A stretch of DNA of 25,926 nt, from the IMG/VR virus record IMGVR_UViG_3300005662_000204, positions 1 through 25,926 of that record; one strand, 5' to 3'. The notes under the pieces were generated by a model. It had not been told where the DNA came from, did not search any database, and saw nothing but the letters and a program-made list of their open reading frames with translations. Source of the DNA: a virus (Duplodnaviria > Caudoviricetes). Positions 25,554-25,926 of the stretch are shown here, one piece after another (the first letter of the stretch is position 1; the number at the start of each line of letters is the position of its first letter). A program made the translations under genes and the position numbers.

Positions 25554-25926
25554 ATGGTTCAAGATTGTTATATACTATATTCCTGCGACGGTTCATATGA
25601 ACCAATTGTCTCTAACTTTAGTGGTTTGAGTGCTCACTCATCATCTTATGTTCAGATTGAAATTTTGGATTTAGATACTATTCCTGATACATGTTTTTAT
25701 GTGTTAAGTTTAGGTCAAATAGATTGTGACCCAACTTATGATGTTGATGTCGTTTCAACTGATTGTAATTGTCAATGTTATTGTTATTTTATTAGATCGG
25801 CAACACAAACAACTGATGTAACATATATAGATTGTGAAGACACATTACAAATAGAAACAATCCAATCAGGTTTAACTTATAATATTTGTAGTAGAGTTGA
25901 ACCACAATTTGATACCACAGTACAAA
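25554..25926 (+). CDS. Cys-rich putative virion protein, 3'-truncated by window edge (not in supplied ORF track)
   Basis: Hand translation from the ATG at 25554 stays open to the window end: MVQDCYILYSCDGSYEPIVSNFSGLSAHSSSYVQIEILDLDTIPDTCFYVLSLGQIDCDPTYDVDVVSTDCNCQCYCYFIRSATQTTDVTYIDCEDTLQIETIQSGLTYNICSRVEPQFDTTVQ (10 Cys in 124 aa). Confidence 0.8.
   Translation, partial: MVQDCYILYSCDGSYEPIVSNFSGLSAHSSSYVQIEILDLDTIPDTCFYVLSLGQIDCDPTYDVDVVSTDCNCQCYCYFIRSATQTTDVTYIDCEDTLQIETIQSGLTYNICSRVEPQFDTTVQ

Noticed and set aside
1-25926. Stop-codon reassignment as seen in some large phages
   Set aside because: Genes are full length and densely packed under the standard code, and both TAG (458, 7668) and TGA (25540) end genes at sensible positions.

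Overview
This AT-rich window (roughly one-third GC by eye) has all genes on the + strand and looks like part of a large lytic myovirus-type phage genome. The host is probably Bacteroidota, inferred from SprB-like repeats, A-rich leaders without Shine-Dalgarno sites and a eukaryote/Bacteroidota-type class Ia RNR. Bases 1-5330 hold a replication and nucleotide module: a hypothetical gene, a DnaB/T4 gp41-like helicase, nrdB and nrdA, closed by a UUCG-loop intrinsic terminator. Bases 5362-24518 hold a baseplate/tail module: gp25-like and gp6-like wedge genes, a 1868-aa protein with an internal hydrophobic block, several uncharacterised proteins, a PKD-domain protein, a P2 gpI/gp7-like protein, an SprB-repeat protein and a mucin-like Pro/Thr protein. 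Directly after the mucin-like gene lies a DxD glycosyltransferase whose motifs resemble plant HPAT (GT95) and SERGT1 (GT96) peptide O-glycosyltransferases, followed by a truncated Cys-rich gene. The best candidate for a new system is phage-encoded virion O-glycosylation. It combines this enzyme, a Thr-alternating stalk and a [S/T]-[G/A]-x-T motif that recurs about 55 times (hand count) in the putative distal structural proteins but was not found in the enzymes or in gp25/gp6. A TATTTAT(A) motif sits in six intergenic gaps and is a likely phage promoter. All family calls come from motif recognition by eye; no database searches were run.
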